A program made the position numbers and the translations under genes. A DNA stretch of 64,000 nucleotides, taken from the NCBI GenBank assembly GCA_030141605.1, contig JAQGDQ010001083.1:568-64567 (forward strand), read 5' to 3'. Numbering within the stretch: the first letter of the stretch is position 1; every line of letters begins with the position of its first letter. This document shows, piece after piece, positions 60,201 through 64,000 of the stretch. The notes beneath the pieces are model-generated. The model worked only from the letters and a program-made list of their open reading frames with translations. It was not told the origin of the DNA and did no database searches. The DNA is from Tubiluchus corallicola. Taxonomy: Eukaryota; Animalia; Priapulida.

Positions 60201-63200
60201 TTAAAGTCAGCCATTGTTTTTGGTCACACGTTTACAAAATACTTAGCAACCGTACAAATGTTGGTTGCTATGGACTTTGCAAGAACATATTGAAGTTATG
60301 TTTAAATCCAGTAGATGGCTCTTCCTGACAAAGATCTGAGCTTGTCAACAGAAAAACCTGAAGCAGAATGGCTGCTTCCACGAGCTTCTATCAGAGTTTG
60401 AAAATACAAGTTTTTTACACTTGCAATACTAGTGTCTAGAGAGAAAAATGGGTTTGGGGTTATAAAATCAGACTTAGACATTTTCTTGATGATTTGATGC
60501 TAGAATATAAAAGCCCAATATATTTAGCGTTTGTTTTTATAAAAAAACAAAAAATTGACATTTGACCAGATTTTTTATGCAGTCTACTTTGAAGCATCAT
60601 AACATAGTTTCAACTACGCCGACTCGTGAACGGTTTTGGTTTGCAAGCGCACATTTTACTTAACTTCAGCCTTTTTTTATTGACACTAGATGTCTCTAGC
60701 AGTCTTTGCTTGATCATTGTAATGTTTGCTGCTATCCACAACGTCGTTCACTCTAATTTTTACAAAGAGCAGAAACCTCAAAGGATTATTTTCATGCAAG
60801 GTTAAGCAAAACGAAACACTATGTAGAATGCTTGCGCATTATTGCTGATAATCTGATAATCTCGTATTTAAGTAATTTCTCAATGGCTCGCTCTTTTGAT
60901 TTCAGCACCCCGATCAGCGAAGTGGCTGGTAAAAGAGTTTCTCTTTTCTCGTACGGGTCGGGCTCAGCAGCTTCCCTCTATTCCATACGCATATCGACAG
61001 ACGTTTCGCCGGATTCTCCTCTACAGAAGTAAGTTACGATCTTAGAAGTAAGTTAAGTTTCTTCAGTTGCTCTAGGGGCGTTAACAATAACGATATGTAT
61101 AGATAATTATCTTATCGATACGATAAATTTGTTTTTATCGTTATCGTATCGATATTATTTTAGGTACTACCAAAGTCCTGCAAAAAATCGGGAGTCGGGT
61201 CCGAGAAAACGTCCGTTACGGGACGCCGTGGCCCTCTCGCGAATTCTGAATACACCTGTGACACCCACCACTGAACGGACTATCTATCCATACCCAGCAC
61301 TACCCCGAGCCCGTTCCTGTTCTCCAGAAATATGATAAGTTTTGCAAAAAAAACTGTCGAAAAATGGTCATTTTTGGAGGTTTTTCGCCCCCCATTCATT
61401 CCGGCGGACCCGATTAAAAAAATAAACCCGCAATGAGACCACACTGGATCGAGACCTTTCTATTTATACATATATGAATCACTGCAAATGGTGTTGCCGT
61501 CAGAGCTGTAGCCTCGAATCTTATAATATATATATAACATATATATATATATATAACGTACCACCGAAATTAATATACACGATATTGTTATCGTATCAAA
61601 TTTGGCTTGTATCGTTGCTTATCGCTTACCTTTATAAAATCACTTCACTTTGCTTTTTAATTTCCGTAAAGGAATTAAGCAAAATAGCGGATAAATAAAT
61701 TATTTAAAATCATAAGCTTGTCAGATGCATGCAGTTGCACTTTCGCTTAGCAATGGCGGTTATCTTTATTCTGATTCTAAATCATACAGACTCGTGGACG
61801 CGGACTACAGGGTACCGTACTTTTGGTGTCATCGTCCATGGACATCTTTATATCGTACTAATCTGTCACGGCTTGCTTATTTATGAATCATTATAACGAC
61901 GAAGCAGAAAATTTAGTCGCGTAATGGTTACATAAATTTTCTAATTATTACAGATACTTTTTCTGTCGTTGCATAAATTTTCTAACTTTGATATCGTTTT
62001 TATCGCTCGAAATAATATGTATCGTCTAAAAAGTGTATTATCGTTATCGTATTGTTGGAAAAAAGTATCGTATTGTATCGCCAAATTTGAATCGTTTCAC
62101 ATCGCCTATGTTGCATCTGTATGTGCAGTCGTTCGTACGAATCTCTGAAAGTCAATCTAAACCCTCACTATAATATAAGCTTCTACAACTTAGAATCCTA
62201 CTCTTATTATGAATATTCAATTTATTTTATTATAAACTTCCGGTAAAACTTGTTTTTTTTATTTTTTTATCACTTCGTTATTAGCGATATTAAATTTAAA
62301 GAACCGCCATTTTTCGTCGCACGAGACAAATGACGTTTTGAACGTGGTCAAGAGGTCACCAAAGATCGGTAAACAAGCATCGGTAACCAAAGACGCTTTC
62401 CGTATTTGTCAGTTCATTGTTAGAGGTATTAAATTTGCAGAACCGCCATTTTTCGTTGAGCGAGATGAAGGATGTTATGAGCGTGGTCACGAGGTCACCA
62501 AAGATCGGTAAACAAAGACACTTTCTGTACGCCGTACATCATTCTCACTCAGTCGCGCCGAAGACGAGAAACATGGCGATCTTTACAGCAATGCATGCGT
62601 TTGAAATTTGCCAAAAAAGGTCATTTCAAATCTGGTAAACCCTAGCCAAGCATCGGTTCACTTATGCCCACTGTTCCCCATAATTAGGAACACCACTTTT
62701 AATTACAATATTTTTTGTTCTTATTTATGTTATTTTGTAATAATAATAATGATGGTGACCCCAACGATGATGATGATGATATTAACAACAACAATAACAA
62801 TAGTAACAACAACAACAGCAACAAAATTGAAATTTGCCACAAAATGGTAAGTTATTTAATTTAAAACTATGAATTCTTTGTATAATCATAATAATGAGTT
62901 AAAAAATTCAATGTCTGTTGTGTGTTATAATCCTTTAAATGTTAGACAGAAAAAGAACAAAAGAAAATATTAGTTCCATAGTCGGTGTTTGAACCTTGAA
63001 CCTTTTGTTTGTAAAGATCGTCTTATTTTTAAAGATTTGCGAATGTAATTACAAATGTTTTTGTAAACTCTTTTGCAAATGAGAGATTACAATAACAAGG
63101 AAACAACAAGATGTGGGCCAGCCCGTCATGAATGCCTGTAATCAAAATGCGCTCATATATTGGTTTGCCGGACAATAGTGGGGAGACCGTTCGGTCTGAA

Positions 63201-63737
63201 TTTGCCAATTGTCCGAATTTACCAATACTAAACTAATACAGTAGGCGCCGTGTATTTGACTCACGGTGATGTATAATCAATCACCTAATTGTCTCAAAAA
63301 TGTCTGGTACGGGCAGCTCCTATGCAGTATATAAAAACTGTCAGCAATTGACTCAAATAACTCTGCATAATTGACTATAAACCACTTAAACATGCTGACG
63401 TACAAGCTACACAAGTATCGTTACATGCTGCTTGGATGTAAACAAAGTGACGACCCGCCAACTAGCGGTCAGCTCGCGAAACAACATACTGTGTCCGTAG
63501 TATGCGGGACTTTTAACGGTCCACAGTTTGTCCGAATTTTCCGATACCCAAGAACGCGAGGTCCGGCAAAGCGAGATATATGAGTGTGTAGCATTCTCGG
63601 ATTTGAAAATTTATTAATTTTTACTAGACTGGTCTCAAGCGTGTCCGATGTACAGCAGAGGTTGGACAGCAGAATTCAAGTAAAACCGGTCGATTTTGAC
63701 GCAGCGATGAAACTACGCGAAGAGACTCATCACTTGG
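41828..63737 (+). CDS. HMGCS1: 3-hydroxy-3-methylglutaryl-CoA synthase (cytosolic type), 7 coding exons in window, 3' end beyond right edge
   Basis: [33 protein letters not shown] (catalytic Cys, codon 42212-42214), [35 protein letters not shown]; consistent phases, 1,309 nt; no mitochondrial leader. Confidence 0.97.
43501..43626 (+). CDS. HMGCS1: HMG-CoA synthase coding exon 2
   Basis: [42 protein letters not shown] (hand translation). Confidence 0.95.
43740..44310 (+). mobile_element. Dispersed repeat family C; second copy about 60041-60650
   Basis: Near-identical approx. 570 bp from ttaagcttttctagttatt to ttgcaagc in two HMGCS introns. Confidence 0.8.
44620..44822. repeat. 47-bp tandem repeat x4
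   Basis: ttagtggacatgttcaaaatgtctcaaagctacaaatagtagttgac. Confidence 0.88.
45664..46335 (+). mobile_element. TTAA-flanked non-autonomous DNA transposon family A (Kolobok-like), apparently full length
   Basis: ttaa|AGcacaagaaaac...ttttcctgtcCT|ttaa; core aaatttaaactccc.cgatgaccgttag.tgcagccattt also at about 12500, 22250, 31320(-), 48190(-), 49630(-), 56905. Confidence 0.78.
46355..46816. mobile_element. Second TTAA-flanked MITE (Kolobok-like)
   Basis: ttaa|AGggaaagacagcgga...tccagttttcCT|ttaa. Confidence 0.55.
47536..48009. mobile_element. pogo/Tigger-like MITE
   Basis: Imperfect TIRs (a/c)agtcaa(c/a)ctc.g.tataa, TA flanks, internal tataagggac repeats. Confidence 0.75.
48490..49314 (-). 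mobile_element. CR1/L2-group LINE 3' fragment inserted in a family-A element (48318-49795)
   Basis: [13 protein letters not shown]...[11 protein letters not shown]...[23 protein letters not shown], then 3' UTR, AATAAA-like signal and simple-repeat tail. Confidence 0.85.
50170..50570. repeat. Approx. 70-bp tandem repeat x5-6
   Basis: tgtctacttatgtat(a/g)aaaagctaatttaaaaaatgacataactttat recurring. Confidence 0.88.
52321..52485 (+). CDS. HMGCS1: HMG-CoA synthase coding exon 3
   Basis: [39 protein letters not shown]. Confidence 0.96.
52512..53032. mobile_element. hAT-like MITE with internal segment also present inverted at about 63280-63560
   Basis: TIR CAGGGATGAGAAT / ATTCTCATCCCTG; 8-bp TSD not exact. 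Confidence 0.68.
53325..54675. repeat. 26-bp minisatellite with 199-bp higher-order repeat
   Basis: atgacataagacgttc(t/c)gttcaccgt; variant tctaga at 54025, 54224, 54423. Confidence 0.96.
55250..55675. repeat. Approx. 140-bp tandem repeat x3
   Basis: caatttatttatctctttata...gatctagaactagagaaaggatag. Confidence 0.9.
57189..57354 (+). CDS. HMGCS1: HMG-CoA synthase coding exon 4 (not in ORF track)
   Basis: Hand translation [38 protein letters not shown]...YKGLEAF; contains catalytic His. Confidence 0.95.
58310..58480 (+). CDS. HMGCS1: HMG-CoA synthase coding exon 5
   Basis: [18 protein letters not shown]...[14 protein letters not shown]; ag/gtaagc. Confidence 0.96.
58965..59890. repeat. 177-bp AT-rich tandem repeat, about 5 copies
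   Basis: gttatacgtttaaatttcttgttaatagatggcagcatctgg at 58966, 59143, 59320, 59497 plus degenerate copies. Confidence 0.93.
60906..61028 (+). CDS. HMGCS1: HMG-CoA synthase coding exon 6
   Basis: [23 protein letters not shown]; ag/gtaagt. Confidence 0.95.
61072..62108. mobile_element. Degenerate hAT-like element with nested repeat (about 61170-61540; related at about 37400-37570 and 42880-43120)
   Basis: taggggcg.. / ..catcgccta ends, ATCGT/ACGAT-rich subterminal motifs; shared gccgtggccctctcgcgaattct...cacccacc.ctgaacgg. Confidence 0.5.
63628..63737 (+). CDS. HMGCS1: HMG-CoA synthase coding exon 7
   Basis: [15 protein letters not shown]...[10 protein letters not shown]; ag/gtatgt. Confidence 0.94.
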
Positions 63738-64000
63738 GTATGTCCTATAAGTGTCGTCCTCTCATAAGTGTTTGTGGTGTGTTACCCATTTTGGTAACGG
63801 TTTTTGTACAATTTTTGATTCGATCAATCAATCAATCAATTTATTTCACTCCAGCAATACAATACATCAACATACAATATTATTTAAAAAAAAGAAACAG
63901 TATAGGTAAAAAAACGTTGATGAAGTCAAATTAACCAAATAAAAGAGTTGCTGTATGACACCTTGAAAGCTTGGCTTGTTAAGGTGGCACAAATGAGTGA

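Noticed and set aside
61026-61055. Duplicated donor agaa|gtaagtta just downstream of HMGCS exon 6
   Set aside because: Use of the second donor would read into an immediate TAA; treated as a trivial local duplication.

Overview
Eukaryotic (invertebrate-type animal) genomic DNA with GT-AG introns, carrying two large divergently transcribed lipid-metabolism genes. (1) Minus strand, ATG at 34609 and running off the left edge: a giant secreted large-lipid-transfer protein (apolipophorin/apoB/vitellogenin superfamily). I could hand-assemble 29 coding exons in consistent phase (10,746 nt, about 3,582 aa, C-terminus outside the window), including a 5,806-nt exon 26 built from about two dozen (T/S)PF-x-(G/N)-(F/Y)-E beta-strand repeats. 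(2) Plus strand, ATG at 41828 and running off the right edge: cytosolic-type HMG-CoA synthase, 7 coding exons, with an SRE-like/CCAAT/E-box/ETS promoter cluster. Introns and the intergenic region are full of micro- and minisatellites (many abutting splice sites; one intron is almost entirely copies of its own 3' splice site), LINE 3' fragments, and TTAA-, TA- and hAT-type MITEs. I found no prokaryotic-type system, CRISPR or convincing RNA gene. The best candidates for something new are the repeat-built lipoprotein belt, the head-to-head lipid synthesis/transport locus and the splice-site-derived satellite intron. All coordinates were read by hand; repeat boundaries are approximate.
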